55,061 bases of DNA from the IMG/VR virus record IMGVR_UViG_3300021420_000042, positions 1 to 55,061 of that record. One strand, given 5' to 3'. Both the position numbers and the translations under genes were made by a program. The notes under the pieces were generated by a model. That model made no database searches. It had not been told where the DNA came from and worked only from the letters and a program-made list of their open reading frames with translations. Shown piece by piece: positions 35,584 through 45,443 of the stretch (the first letter of the stretch is position 1; each line of letters starts with the position of its first letter). The stretch is from a virus. Taxonomy: Duplodnaviria; Caudoviricetes.

Positions 35584-35804
35584 CACAGCACCTTCACGTC
35601 GGCGCATTCCAGAACGAGGCGGGCGCCGCATTTCATGAACGGCTTGCGGTGATAGACCAGCTTGGCCGGCCCGATGATCTCGACTTGGTGCGCATAGACC
35701 GGCTTGGCATCGGCGCGCGTTCGCGCGATGCGGATCGGCGGTTCATCGGTGCCGGTCACCGCGTTCTTGCGGATTGTCGAGGCGTTGATGCTGATCAGTT
35801 TCAT
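35583..35804 (-). CDS. Hypothetical phage protein
   Basis: I.IN...IRKN...EPPI..YAHQVEI.GP..LVY..CGAR. Confidence 0.65.
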   Translation of the reverse strand: MKLISINASTIRKNAVTGTDEPPIRIARTRADAKPVYAHQVEIIGPAKLVYHRKPFMKCGARLVLECADVKVL

Positions 35805-36211
35805 CCGATGTTTAGCGACGCGTAGCGCGGCATGCCGTTCTTGTCCGGTGCGCAAGTCTCGATTGCCACCGGACACGTTGCGTTCGGCCGCAGTGATCGC
35901 GGCGTGCCATCGCTGCGCTTGCCATAAGCCAGATTGTTGTAACGATGCCATGCGGTGGTTTGGCCGGTATCGAACACGACGCGCACCATGGGGTGGCGAT
36001 AGTCCGGCAGGAACACGCCGTTGCGCGTCATGCTGGTGAATTCGTCGGCGTCGAAATTGAGCGGCATCCGCGTCATCGGCGCCAGCTTGTCCATGGCGTC
36101 GGCCGCTGCCGTCGCCGGCACGCCAAGCAATGCGGCAAGACCGGCCGCGATATGGCGGCGATTGAGGATCAACTTGGCTGGTCGTTCGCGATAGCCGATC
36201 AGGTCGTTCAT
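35801..36211 (-). CDS. Hypothetical protein
   Basis: ATGA-coupled ORF. Confidence 0.5.
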   Translation of the reverse strand: MNDLIGYRERPAKLILNRRHIAAGLAALLGVPATAAADAMDKLAPMTRMPLNFDADEFTSMTRNGVFLPDYRHPMVRVVFDTGQTTAWHRYNNLAYGKRSDGTPRSLRPNATCPVAIETCAPDKNGMPRYASLNIG

Positions 36212-36696
36212 GCTGCGCTCCGTAGCAGTTGCCGTGGCAGGCCCATGGTTTTCAGGTCGGTGATGGTTTCGTGCGCGGACCTGTGCGTAATCCAAGTGCC
36301 GCCCTTGGCGACCCAAAGGTCGCGATATTTATCCCAGTCATCGATCAGCACATCACCAGGCTGGCAATACGAACTCTTGTCGCGCGATCGACAACAGATG
36401 ATCGGAACGTGGCTGCCGATATGGCGCACGGCCCATTCTGTTTTGTTGCGCGTTGCTTCCTCTGCGATCGAATCCGGGATGCCGGTCAGAATTGTCGGAT
36501 GGAACGGCGCGATGAAATTCCACAGCGTCCACATGTCCGGCATCTGCGGAATGCCGGCGTAGAAATTCTTTTCCAGCCGCACCGCGCGCCAGTCCACGTT
36601 GTCGTCTACCTTGCTGCACTTGATGCCGAACGTCGCGAAATAATGCGCGTCGAAATCCGCCAGCACGCCGTCCTGATCGACAAAGAGGTGCATCAC
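36208..36696 (-). CDS. HAD-family 5'(3')-deoxyribonucleotidase
   Basis: FVDQDGVLADF, ILTG, K..W, LIDD..W...GG. Confidence 0.88.
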   Translation of the reverse strand: MMHLFVDQDGVLADFDAHYFATFGIKCSKVDDNVDWRAVRLEKNFYAGIPQMPDMWTLWNFIAPFHPTILTGIPDSIAEEATRNKTEWAVRHIGSHVPIICCRSRDKSSYCQPGDVLIDDWDKYRDLWVAKGGTWITHRSAHETITDLKTMGLPRQLLRSAA

Positions 36697-37658
36697 GCGG
36701 CCATCATTTCTCGTTGTGTGTTTGGCACGTCAACGCAGCGCGCTTCGACCGTCATCGCCGCGGCGGCCGACCATGGATTACTGCGAATACCGCGTCGTGG
36801 CGGGCGCGCCAGCACGGCGCCTTTGATCGTGCGGTCGAGGATCGGATTACCGATCCGACAGGCGCTCAGTACCGTGGTGTGGTCGGTGCGCTCGAACTGT
36901 TGCGCGATCCGGAAAAATGAAAGTCCGGTGAAGCGGCAGGCCAGCGCCATGGCGATGATGCGCGGGATGGCGATGTGCGCGATACATCTGCGGCTCAAGA
37001 TGTCTGCCGGCGTGATACCGTAAGTCCTGGCCGTGATCGCGCATATTTGCCTGATGCTGGGCCGCAGCAATATATTGCCGGTCTCTCTGGCGATCGTATG
37101 GCGCGCCAGGACCATGGCGACGGCATGGTGCGCGAGATCGAACAGCATTTTGCGCTTCTTTTGTCGTTTGATGCGCTGCAGTACCAAAAGTTCCTGCCGA
37201 TGCGACAGCCAATCTGGCCGTTGCGGTTGCGCGCGCCGCGGTCGGCGTGCCGGGCCATCACCAAAGACCTCATCGATCAACGGATCGTATCTGTCACAGG
37301 CCGCAGTCACCGTATCTTCCACAATCCGATTGAAACGGGTCGCGATATCGATCATGGGCACTTTGGTGAGGCGGCAGGCCAGCGCCATGGCGACGCGACG
37401 CGCGGCGACAAATTCAAGCCGGTTCGACTGGCCCGCCATTTCGTTAAGCGTGACCTTGAAGATGTGACCGACATACTCGCTGATTTCCTCGACACTCAGT
37501 TGTGCCGGTTCGGCCGCTGGCAGCGCGTGCGCGTTTTTTAACGGCCACTCCTTGGTCATGTTTTGATGCCGGCATTTGACCACGACGACGGCCAACTTGG
37601 TGGCAGCACGGATGTGCTGTCGCCGTTTGGCCCATTGCCGTTTGCTCAGAGGTTTCAT
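36693..37658 (-). CDS. Protein with two DnaA C-terminal (domain IV)-like HTH domains
   Basis: ARRVAMALACRLT...IA.RFNR..TV and PRIIAMALACRFTGLSF.RIA.QF.R.DHTTVLSA. Confidence 0.8.
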   Translation of the reverse strand: MKPLSKRQWAKRRQHIRAATKLAVVVVKCRHQNMTKEWPLKNAHALPAAEPAQLSVEEISEYVGHIFKVTLNEMAGQSNRLEFVAARRVAMALACRLTKVPMIDIATRFNRIVEDTVTAACDRYDPLIDEVFGDGPARRPRRAQPQRPDWLSHRQELLVLQRIKRQKKRKMLFDLAHHAVAMVLARHTIARETGNILLRPSIRQICAITARTYGITPADILSRRCIAHIAIPRIIAMALACRFTGLSFFRIAQQFERTDHTTVLSACRIGNPILDRTIKGAVLARPPRRGIRSNPWSAAAAMTVEARCVDVPNTQREMMAA

Positions 37659-37915
37659 GCGGCCTGATCCATGCGTTCCAGTATCAGTTCGATCAGGGCG
37701 GCAGACGGCGGCGGATAGCGCTTCGCCAAATCGGCGAGCGGGACGTGATCGAATTCTGACTGGAATATTTTGTGCGCGACCAGCACGTTGGTGCTCTGCC
37801 ATTGCTTCGATGCGTCGCCAAGCGACATGGTCGCCCATTTTTGTCCGATCGGTCCGCGCAGTCCTTTGATCCAAACAAAGAACGGCCCATCTTCGATGTG
37901 ATCAAGCGCGTTCAT
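37655..37915 (-). CDS. Hypothetical protein
   Basis: ATGA-coupled ORF MNALDHIED... Confidence 0.55.
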   Translation of the reverse strand: MNALDHIEDGPFFVWIKGLRGPIGQKWATMSLGDASKQWQSTNVLVAHKIFQSEFDHVPLADLAKRYPPPSAALIELILERMDQAA

Positions 37916-38220
37916 GCGATGTCCTTTTTGCGCGCGGCACATGCCGCGGTCATTGTCAGATAATCCGGATCGTTTTTTTCGATGCCGAGGTTGAGGCGGA
38001 CGATGGCTTGGTCGCGCCACCACTGTTCCAGATCGGCCACGGTCTGAGCGTAGCTGGCCGCCAGACACGCAAGTCGTACATAAGCGTCGCGCTGTGCGGC
38101 GAGGGCGTCGATCTCTTGGTCGGTCGCTTCCGCGATGAGCGCCGTTATAAATCCGATCATGGGCGCCAACGATGGAGCGTAAGTGCGGCCGGCAACGGCG
38201 AGCCAGTCTGACGGACACAA
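37912..38220 (-). CDS. Hypothetical protein (start uncertain)
   Basis: ORF track; coupled to downstream gene. Confidence 0.5.
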   Translation of the reverse strand: MCPSDWLAVAGRTYAPSLAPMIGFITALIAEATDQEIDALAAQRDAYVRLACLAASYAQTVADLEQWWRDQAIVRLNLGIEKNDPDYLTMTAACAARKKDIA

Positions 38221-38412
38221 CGGACTGGGGGAGGCGTGTCAAGCCGGGGCGTCTTACAGATGCCGGCCGCAACGCGTCCATACCCGCAAGGCCGCTTCGA
38301 TATGGAAACCAAACATCTGATCGACGGGGGGACGATCAGGGTTGTGCAGTTGTTCACATCAAGCATTGGACGCGTTTGGGTGTGGTCTCCGATGCGCGCT
38401 ATTGACGATGTA

Positions 38413-38444
38413 CGTATAATTAACCGTCTCCTATTCCCTGTCAA
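38413..38444 (-). promoter_or_regulatory. Internal leftward promoter with operator-like motif (38413-38426)
   Basis: Minus strand reads TTGACA-N12-CGGTTAATTATACG. Confidence 0.6.
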
Positions 38445-38968
38445 GCCCCTCTGCGCATCGGCCGATGGCCGCGGTCAAAACCGCGTGACTGGATCGTCGG
38501 GTTGGACCTGATTTTCTTTTTCGGCTTGAGCCGGCGTTTCGGCACCGCCGCGAGAATGAGCGCGGCATCTTTGTAGCGGCCCTGCTTGCTGGCGATCTTG
38601 GCGCGGTGGATGGCGTCGCTGGCCTGAATATCCCTGACCCGCGCCGCCTCGCCAGTGTCGCTGTCGCGTGTCGTTACCGTGATCGCGGCGCCAGGTTTGC
38701 GGCCGAACGTTTTCAGATCGTGATCCGGCTTGCGGATAGCGAACAGATAATCGAGAGAGTTCTGCGGCGGAATGAAATCGCCAGCGATGGTGTCGTAGTT
38801 ACGAAATTCCAGTGCCGGATCGTGATCGTATTCGATCCGCACGCCGGGACCGAACGGCACGCCGTCCGGATCGGCATCGCGTTGCTGCGCCAGCACGGCA
38901 CGCTTGATCGGCTTCGGCGTCGCCTTGCGATAAAGCCCTACAAGGAACGAGCCGGCTTTCAGGATCAT
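38441..38968 (-). CDS. Degenerate HNH-like protein
   Basis: IEYDHDPAL...H..KT pattern with basic C-terminal tail. Confidence 0.55.
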   Translation of the reverse strand: MILKAGSFLVGLYRKATPKPIKRAVLAQQRDADPDGVPFGPGVRIEYDHDPALEFRNYDTIAGDFIPPQNSLDYLFAIRKPDHDLKTFGRKPGAAITVTTRDSDTGEAARVRDIQASDAIHRAKIASKQGRYKDAALILAAVPKRRLKPKKKIRSNPTIQSRGFDRGHRPMRRGA

Positions 38969-39582
38969 GCTGCGGCCTGCGGCACAAGCGGCGGCACTGG
39001 CGCGATCAGCCGCTCAAACCATGCGGCAATCCGGCGCGCAAAGGCGTGTCCCGGCAGCGCTGCGTTGATGGCATTGGCGTCGGCGCGAGCCTCGCGCTTT
39101 TTGATGCCGCGTTTGGATTGATCTGGCGCGGTGCGCTTTTCCGACAGTCCGGCCGCTTCGCTGGCCTGTTCGATCAGCGAGGTCGAGCGCCAGTTCTTTT
39201 CCTTGGCGGACGGCGTGCGAAAGCCGTTCGGATTGATCTGCGCCAATGCCAGCGCGTGGTCGGCGAATTCGGTGCGGTCAAGCTTGCGGCCGACAACGAG
39301 GCGAACCTGGCGTATCTGTTTTGGTTGCATCGTTGGTGCCGCGGCGAACTGCACCGTGGTGGCCTTGATGCCGACCTGATGCGCGAATTTCGGGCCGGCC
39401 TTGGCGGCGTCCGTGATACCTTCTCGCAACGCTGCGGCGCGTGCTGCCGCGTTCTTAAAGTGCATCACCGGCATGGTGCCCAGCGGTTTGATCTGGCGCA
39501 CCAGGTGCGGCGTGCGTGGCTTGGTCTTGATGGTTTCGATCTCGGCCTGTCGGCGTTTGGCTTCGCCCATGGGCGGCTCCAT
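38965..39582 (-). CDS. Hypothetical basic protein
   Basis: 205-aa ORF starting MEPPMGEAKRR. Confidence 0.55.
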   Translation of the reverse strand: MEPPMGEAKRRQAEIETIKTKPRTPHLVRQIKPLGTMPVMHFKNAAARAAALREGITDAAKAGPKFAHQVGIKATTVQFAAAPTMQPKQIRQVRLVVGRKLDRTEFADHALALAQINPNGFRTPSAKEKNWRSTSLIEQASEAAGLSEKRTAPDQSKRGIKKREARADANAINAALPGHAFARRIAAWFERLIAPVPPLVPQAAA

Positions 39583-40204
39583 CCAGTAGGGGTTGCGCAG
39601 GCGGTCCTGCGGTATGTTTCAGTTTGTCCTTGCCTTGTTTGATCAGTTCATCGACCGGGTATCCGGCCTTGCGTAATTCTCCCATGGCGCGATCAAAGTA
39701 GACGCGGAATTCGCTTTGATCCATTTTGTCAAGTGCGATCGAGCCTGGCATCACGATGGTGTCGCCGACGTGTTCGCCTAGCTCCATGCACAGTTTGAAC
39801 GCCTGATCGAGAAATTCCTTGGCCCACCACGGCAAGCCGTCGTGTTTTAGAATCTTGACGATCAGCGCGGCCAGTCTGGTCAGGATCAGATGTCCTGGCC
39901 CCACGTCCAACATCCGGATTTTATGGGTATAGCCGAGCGCGATTTTGAGCGCGTCGTGCAGGTCGGTGGTGCGGCCGTATTTGTTTTCAGAATTCTCGAC
40001 ACAGCCGTGCAGCACGCACCAATACAGCGCCAGGTGTTCCGGCGATCGGGATTGCCAGAACTGCGCCTCGATTACCGCGCCGATCGAATAGTGCATGAGT
40101 TGTTCGGCGACCCACGGCGCCGCTGGCTCAAAGCCGGCCAGCGTGCGCCGCAGTAGCACCTTGGGATGTTCGGCGCCGCGTTTGGTCTTGACTGACCGCG
40201 TCAT
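39455..40204 (-). CDS. DUF1367/NinB-like recombination accessory protein
   Basis: RS..H..LYW..L..LHDALKIALG..P.SIA.DKMDQ.EF..YF.RA; follows bet. Confidence 0.65.
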   Translation of the reverse strand: MTRSVKTKRGAEHPKVLLRRTLAGFEPAAPWVAEQLMHYSIGAVIEAQFWQSRSPEHLALYWCVLHGCVENSENKYGRTTDLHDALKIALGYTHKIRMLDVGPGHLILTRLAALIVKILKHDGLPWWAKEFLDQAFKLCMELGEHVGDTIVMPGSIALDKMDQSEFRVYFDRAMGELRKAGYPVDELIKQGKDKLKHTAGPPAQPLLDGAAHGRSQTPTGRDRNHQDQATHAAPGAPDQTAGHHAGDAL

Positions 40205-41364
40205 TGCACCAACTCGAATCCGTCATCCACTTTGGCGACGGCTTGCTGGCCGTTGCCGTTCGGTTGCTTGAGTCCTTTGGCGATGCAATCGATCTCAGCT
40301 TTGACATCAAGCGCGTCGGCTTTGTGCATGGCCCAGAACCGGGTCATGCCTTCTCTGTTGCGCAACTGCATCGATGCCAGTTCATCTAGCGTCGAAGCAT
40401 TGCGTGCCGCGGTCAGGACGGTGTCGCCGTAAGCGCCGGCCGCAACAAAGACCAGCGTGCCTTGGTGATCGACCCAAGGATATTCGTCCTTGGACATGCC
40501 GACCGCTTTGGCGCGGCGTTCCGATTGCTCGATCTCGATCATCTCGGCTGCGGTCCAATCCGACGCGATGGTTTTGGCCATCGTTTCCTCGGTCTCGACG
40601 CCGGCCCAATGCTCTGGCCAGCCTGCCGTCAGGCCGCGCACCGTGGCGCATTTTGACAACATGACGCGCGCCATCTTGCCCCACTGTCCCGACGTATCGA
40701 GGATCATGTGGTCGGCCGGATTCATGCCTTCCTTGAGTTGCCGCCTATTGATGGCCTTGCCGGAATCCTCGTAGACCTCGCCAGTTGGCACCCATTCATA
40801 AATATTCGGGTCCGCCTTGAGCGGAGCAAACTCGGTCCAGAACGCTTCGCCAGCGACCGGCTCGCCGCCCTTGTAAAGCTTGGTCTCGACTTTGAGCAGG
40901 CCGGCCGGGTTGTTCGGATCGGCCGGCATGTTGTCGTTGAACTCTTGCGTGAGCGCTGAGCGCATGTCTTTGGCGAACACGCATGCGATCTCGCCAAGCT
41001 TTTTCTGTCGGGCCAGTTCATAGGCCGTGTACGTGTAGACCGTGTCGCCGGGTTTGGCCGGATGATAGTCGCCGCAGCGCGCCGCCAGCACGCGCTGGCC
41101 GGCCTGGGTTGTGATGATGGTCGGCTTGCGGCGCTTGGGCGCCTCGCCTTGCTTGCGGCGTTTGTTCTCGTCGCCGTACACGATCATGATCAGGTGACCG
41201 AGAAACGGATCGAGTTGCTTGGCGATGGCATACTGAATGAACATCTCGAATTCAGAATCCGTCGCGTCCGGACAGATGGTCCGGCGCATGGTCTCAAGCT
41301 GGCGCGGTTGCCAGTGGCCAAGCCGCAGGCTTGCGGCTTCGACGCGGGTCAATTGCTGGTTCAT
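40201..41364 (-). CDS. bet: Phage recombination protein Bet/RecT family
   Basis: TICPDATDSEFEMFI....QLDPF..G.R.LA.R.G.Y..W.KM.RVML.KCA. Confidence 0.85.
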   Translation of the reverse strand: MNQQLTRVEAASLRLGHWQPRQLETMRRTICPDATDSEFEMFIQYAIAKQLDPFLGHLIMIVYGDENKRRKQGEAPKRRKPTIITTQAGQRVLAARCGDYHPAKPGDTVYTYTAYELARQKKLGEIACVFAKDMRSALTQEFNDNMPADPNNPAGLLKVETKLYKGGEPVAGEAFWTEFAPLKADPNIYEWVPTGEVYEDSGKAINRRQLKEGMNPADHMILDTSGQWGKMARVMLSKCATVRGLTAGWPEHWAGVETEETMAKTIASDWTAAEMIEIEQSERRAKAVGMSKDEYPWVDHQGTLVFVAAGAYGDTVLTAARNASTLDELASMQLRNREGMTRFWAMHKADALDVKAEIDCIAKGLKQPNGNGQQAVAKVDDGFELVQ

Positions 41365-41415
41365 TGTTTTTCGTAGCTCCAATTCGAGGTAAGGGAACGC
41401 GTGTTTTGTTGTTTG

Positions 41416-42138
41416 TTATTTGCGGCGGACGATCAGATTCTTGCCTCCGCTTTCGATGCGAGCGCCCGGTATCAGCGGGAAGCGCGCCAGGATTTTTTCG
41501 ATCGCCGCGAGCGCCGCGTCCGGATCGTTGATGCCGTTCAGTTCGGCGACCGCCAGATCACGGTCGTTATGATGCGGCAATGCCGGATCGGTCAGGATCG
41601 ATTTCAGTTCGGCGACGCGCGCCGTGACATCGCCAAGCCTGTTGGCCGTGGCGACGCGGTCGCGCAATGCCTTGAGCGCTTTGCCCAGTTCGGTCTTGAC
41701 CAGCACCGGATCGGGGCGCTTCCAGAATTGCGACGGGATGGCGGACTCGTCATCGATCACGATCTTGTCGGCGGCATCCGCCAGCGAGATGGTGCCGAGC
41801 GGGGTTTCCTGCTTTTTCCATTCCGCCACCGTCATGGCCTGTTCGATCATGCCGCGGCGCGACGCGACGCGTTTGGTCAAGCGGGCCTGACGGCCGGCAA
41901 GTTCGGTAACGCGCGCCTGGATACCGGTGATCAAAATCAAATCTTCATCTTCGGCACCGAGCGCCTTGGTCAATTCCAGTTCCAGCGTGGTTTCGCCGTC
42001 GAACGAGTCTTGCAGGACTCGTTCATCGTCCGGCGACAAGGGTTCGCCGGCTTCGCTGCGGACCATTTTGGCGATGTTGAGGCGCAGCGTTTTTGCCGCC
42101 TCGATGGCGCGATGCAGATTCTGCGGTTCGGCAGACAT
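41416..42138 (-). CDS. Siphovirus Gp157-like protein
   Basis: DSFDGET, coiled coil, K.ETPLGTISL..I.DESAIP..FW..IPGA.I..G..L.VR. Confidence 0.75.
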   Translation of the reverse strand: MSAEPQNLHRAIEAAKTLRLNIAKMVRSEAGEPLSPDDERVLQDSFDGETTLELELTKALGAEDEDLILITGIQARVTELAGRQARLTKRVASRRGMIEQAMTVAEWKKQETPLGTISLADAADKIVIDDESAIPSQFWKRPDPVLVKTELGKALKALRDRVATANRLGDVTARVAELKSILTDPALPHHNDRDLAVAELNGINDPDAALAAIEKILARFPLIPGARIESGGKNLIVRRK

Positions 42139-42270
42139 GTTGACTCCATCATTAGTCGTGTAAGGGAACGGGTCGTTTTTTAGCGTTGTGATGTTGGTAT
42201 AGATGTAAGCCACAAGTGCCGCGGGTTCAAGTGCGCCGCGGCAATTTCCGGTGCCCGCAACTTGCCGGCG

Positions 42271-42468
42271 TTATGCGCCGACTTGTCGCGGTTCGAGGGC
42301 GGCGATCTCGGCTGGCGTCAAATCGGCCAGCGTCTTGAGACCATGCGGCGTCAAGACATGGTGCGCGTCATTGATCCAATAGCGGTTGCAGGTCGGCGTT
42401 GCCTCCCAGATCGCGGCCAGCCTGGGATTGCTGGGCGCCTGGCGCCTGGCCTTGTGATCGAGCGTCAC
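42271..42468 (-). CDS. Hypothetical protein
   Basis: GTGA-coupled 65-aa ORF. Confidence 0.5.
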   Translation of the reverse strand: MTLDHKARRQAPSNPRLAAIWEATPTCNRYWINDAHHVLTPHGLKTLADLTPAEIAALEPRQVGA

Positions 42469-42845
42469 TGCCGCTCTGCGTTCAGTGGGGCGAGATCGAT
42501 GATCAGGGTGTCACCGATCCAGCGGTGCGGCAGTGCCACTTGGACAGCGAGCCGCGTGGCGTGCGGCAAGGTCTCGCGCCGCAGATTGATGCCAACCTTG
42601 TTGCCCTCGCGGTGCGTGAAAGCGCAGGCGGTAGACCTGGCGTTGGCACGCATGACGCGTAACGTGCCGTGGTCAACGCCCTCGCCCAGCGCGATCTCGA
42701 CCGTACCGGAAAAGCCCAGACCGAGCCGGTCTACCACGTCACCAGACAGCATGACGGCAATGACCTTCGGCCCGTCGCCGCAGGCGGTCACAAGGTCTTG
42801 GTGCGGCGGTCGGCCGCGTGGATTCTTGATCGCTTGAAATGACAC
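42465..42845 (-). CDS. Hypothetical protein
   Basis: First ORF after the promoter at 42883-42910. Confidence 0.55.
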   Translation of the reverse strand: MSFQAIKNPRGRPPHQDLVTACGDGPKVIAVMLSGDVVDRLGLGFSGTVEIALGEGVDHGTLRVMRANARSTACAFTHREGNKVGINLRRETLPHATRLAVQVALPHRWIGDTLIIDLAPLNAERQ

Positions 42846-42882
42846 CAGGACCCGGCTTTCTCGGTTGCAGGTGTGTCTGGCG

Positions 42883-42910
42883 TATATAGCACGTATAATT
42901 ATACGGTCAA
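42883..42910 (-). promoter_or_regulatory. Leftward early promoter with perfect palindromic operator CGTATAATTATACG (42892-42905)
   Basis: TTGACC-N16-TATATA with the palindrome filling the spacer. Confidence 0.8.
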
Positions 42911-42924
42911 GGACCTGGGGATTT

Positions 42925-43389
42925 TTAATGAGTTGGGGGACAGACCAGCGGCTTGACGGCAGCGAGCGCGCTTTGGTGCAGCGCAGGCGGCAGTGCTGGC
43001 GATGCGATCGTGGCGACCAGCAGCGCTGCGCCGGTCACCGCGCCAACCGTAAAGATGAACAGCATGCCGCGCCAGCGCGGGCGCTTGGTCAATGCCATCT
43101 TGATTTCGTGATAGCGCTCCACCGGAACGAAAATGCAGTTTTTCCAGGGGTTCAAGTCAACATGAAAATGATGCATCCGGATCGTGATGGTTCCGGTGTC
43201 CGGGTCCTTATCGACAATCTGGCCGCCCTCGCCGGCTGCGATCTCGGTGTTGCACTGCCGGACCAAAATGATGTGCGCCGCTTCGATATGGTCGCCAACC
43301 TTGTACGCTTGCGTCACGCAACACCAGACCTTTCCGCCCCACGCCATTCGTACCCCCGTATAGGTCACCGATCCCCATCTGGTGACCAA
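42925..43389 (-). CDS. Hypothetical membrane-anchored protein downstream of repressor
   Basis: C-terminal TM segment; start uncertain. Confidence 0.45.
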   Translation of the reverse strand: MVTRWGSVTYTGVRMAWGGKVWCCVTQAYKVGDHIEAAHIILVRQCNTEIAAGEGGQIVDKDPDTGTITIRMHHFHVDLNPWKNCIFVPVERYHEIKMALTKRPRWRGMLFIFTVGAVTGAALLVATIASPALPPALHQSALAAVKPLVCPPTH

Positions 43390-43494
43390 AGCAAACGGTT
43401 AGGTGCGGGTATTTAAGGGCGAAAAAACGCAGGCCGGCAAATGTTCGGTAGCGAACATTGGTGGACATCTGTGCGTCAGAACGTCGCAGTATGG

Positions 43495-44304
43495 TTAGTG
43501 TATCGCGCGATATTGCGCGATGACGATGGCGACGATCTCGGTGATTTCGCCGCTGCCATTGCCGACCACCAGCGTTTTTTGGACGTTGCTCCGCTGATCG
43601 TCGGACTCGCTAGTCAACAACCATCGCGACTTGGTGCTGGGCTTGGTCGGCGTCTCAACGAGGCGCCGCACCGTGCTTTCGCGCGAGCCGTCCGACTTTT
43701 TTGTTCTGGTGACAAAGACCAGATCGTTGGGGCGTGGCTTGAGCTTGGACGCGCGCAAATCCACGGCGATCAGGAAATCGCCAGGCTGGGCGAAGCGATT
43801 GACCGAGGTGTCCGCCACCGCAATGGCGTATTGATATTTCGGCGGGTAGCGCGGATCACACGGCACCTCTGGGCCGGCAGGCGGCACTTGATCGACCTCG
43901 CGCCACACGCCGGCTTCGGCAATTTTCAGGACCGGAATGTGCGATGCGGTTACGGCATAGCCGTTCTTGACCCGCTTATGCAGCGCGGCCTTCGGATCGA
44001 TTTGTTCTGGCCCGACGCCCGACATCAGCCATTCCGGCGTGGTGAGTAGCGTGACGGCCAAGCGCGACAGGGTGCGGTCGGTAATGCCTTTTTGCGTTCC
44101 TTCCTTGAACTGGCGGAACGTCGTGTAGAGCATGTCGGCCGAAAAGCCTGCCGCCAGCGAAGCGCTGCGCTTTGACATGTCGAGGGCTTCGAGCCGCCGT
44201 TCGATGCGTTTCAAGATCGCGCCAAGGCCAGCCTTCTGGCGCGGCGCGGCGACCGATGCAGCGGTGGGGGTTGGGCGAAAGTCGGCCATCTGTTTGTAGA
44301 CCAT
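43495..44304 (-). CDS. CI-like repressor (HTH + degenerate S24-like domain)
   Basis: MSKRSASLAAG..TL.RLA..L.TTPEWLMSG.GP; C-terminal AEAGVWRE..V.DTSVNR..PGD..NDLV.V.R..E.TVRRL. Confidence 0.8.
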   Translation of the reverse strand: MVYKQMADFRPTPTAASVAAPRQKAGLGAILKRIERRLEALDMSKRSASLAAGFSADMLYTTFRQFKEGTQKGITDRTLSRLAVTLLTTPEWLMSGVGPEQIDPKAALHKRVKNGYAVTASHIPVLKIAEAGVWREVDQVPPAGPEVPCDPRYPPKYQYAIAVADTSVNRFAQPGDFLIAVDLRASKLKPRPNDLVFVTRTKKSDGSRESTVRRLVETPTKPSTKSRWLLTSESDDQRSNVQKTLVVGNGSGEITEIVAIVIAQYRAIH

Positions 44305-44362
44305 TCTAGCTGGGTTTAATCGTGGTGTTGAGCGGCGTAATCAATGGCACGTCGGCAGCCAC

Positions 44363-44391
44363 TTGACAGCACGGTTAATTATACGCATATT
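44363..44391 (+). promoter_or_regulatory. Rightward early promoter with operator-like motif (44372-44385)
   Basis: TTGACA-N17-CATATT with CGGTTAATTATACG in the spacer; divergent from the repressor. Confidence 0.8.
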
Positions 44392-44653
44392 GGCTGGTCT
44401 GGACGCACATGGCGCTGGCGATGCCGGCGCATGGTGGAATGCGACAGGTCCTGCAACTGTAAATCTAAATACTCCGCTGCTAATGTCAAGTAGCATTTCG
44501 GCGCACCCTCTAGCATTCAAGGTATAGCGTTTACCTGTGTTCATCGTGTGTGTTCAAAAGAGAACAGGAGATTTTGCCGGCTAAACCGGCCGCGCGCACA
44601 TTACCAGATTCGTTACGTTCTAGTCAAAAATACAAAAAACTCAATAGGTTCCC

Positions 44654-45019
44654 TTGCTCATGATGGATCAGATAACGGCACGCCCAGCCGGGCGTGATCC
44701 CTTGCTCGACCGCTTGTATCAGACCCATGCCGCGCCAGCCGCTGCGGTGCTGGCACCGCGCGCCGCGCCGGCCGTGACCGCTGCGCAGCGCATCATCGAT
44801 GCCGAGTGTCGGCGCTGCGACATCAGCTTCGCCGAACTCGTGTCGCATTACCGTGGCCGGCGCATCGTGATGGTGCGGCGCGAGATCGCCTATCGGCTGC
44901 GTATCGAATTGGACATGTCGTTGCCTCGTATCGGCGCTGCGCTGCACCGCGAAGCATCCTCGATCATGGGCCTGCTCGGCAAACGCAAACCACAACATTT
45001 GGACGCCCCTGATGCCTAA
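44654..45019 (+). CDS. DnaA C-terminal domain-like protein
   Basis: R.R.IV.VRREIAYRLR.EL.MSLPRIG.AL.RE.SSI. Confidence 0.7.
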   Translation: MLMMDQITARPAGRDPLLDRLYQTHAAPAAAVLAPRAAPAVTAAQRIIDAECRRCDISFAELVSHYRGRRIVMVRREIAYRLRIELDMSLPRIGAALHREASSIMGLLGKRKPQHLDAPDA

Positions 45020-45443
45020 TCAAATGGACGGCGCGAACGGCGACCACATTGCCATCCGCGAATTCTCGACCGGCGCCAATCGCAATGCCGAGACCGGCAA
45101 GTACGACTACGACGGTTTTCTATCGCCGCTCGCCATCGAAGCGTTCGGCGCCTACATGCACTTTAACAGACATCTTGATGACGGCACCATACGCGATTCC
45201 GATAATTGGCAAAAAGGTATCCCGCTTGACGTGTATAGAAAAAGTTTGTGGCGCCACTTTCTGGATACATGGCGCAGCCTGCGCGGCATCTCGATTCCAG
45301 AGGGGATCATCTGGGCCTTGTGTGGCATTTTGTTCAATGTCCAAGGCTTGCTGCACGAACTGTTGAAGGAAAATCCGAGTCTGCTCCCCGCTTCGATTCG
45401 TGACGCCGAAGCGCGTCGTGCCGTGCGTCTGCACAAATCATGA
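45012..45443 (+). CDS. dATP/dGTP diphosphohydrolase-like protein (DUF5664-like)
   Basis: R.F.TGA.R...GK.DY...SP.A..NWQKGIP...SL.RH..L..ILFN. Confidence 0.7.
   Translation: MPNQMDGANGDHIAIREFSTGANRNAETGKYDYDGFLSPLAIEAFGAYMHFNRHLDDGTIRDSDNWQKGIPLDVYRKSLWRHFLDTWRSLRGISIPEGIIWALCGILFNVQGLLHELLKENPSLLPASIRDAEARRAVRLHKS

Noticed and set aside
44392-44650. cro gene opposite the repressor
   Set aside because: Only very short ORFs with no HTH signature
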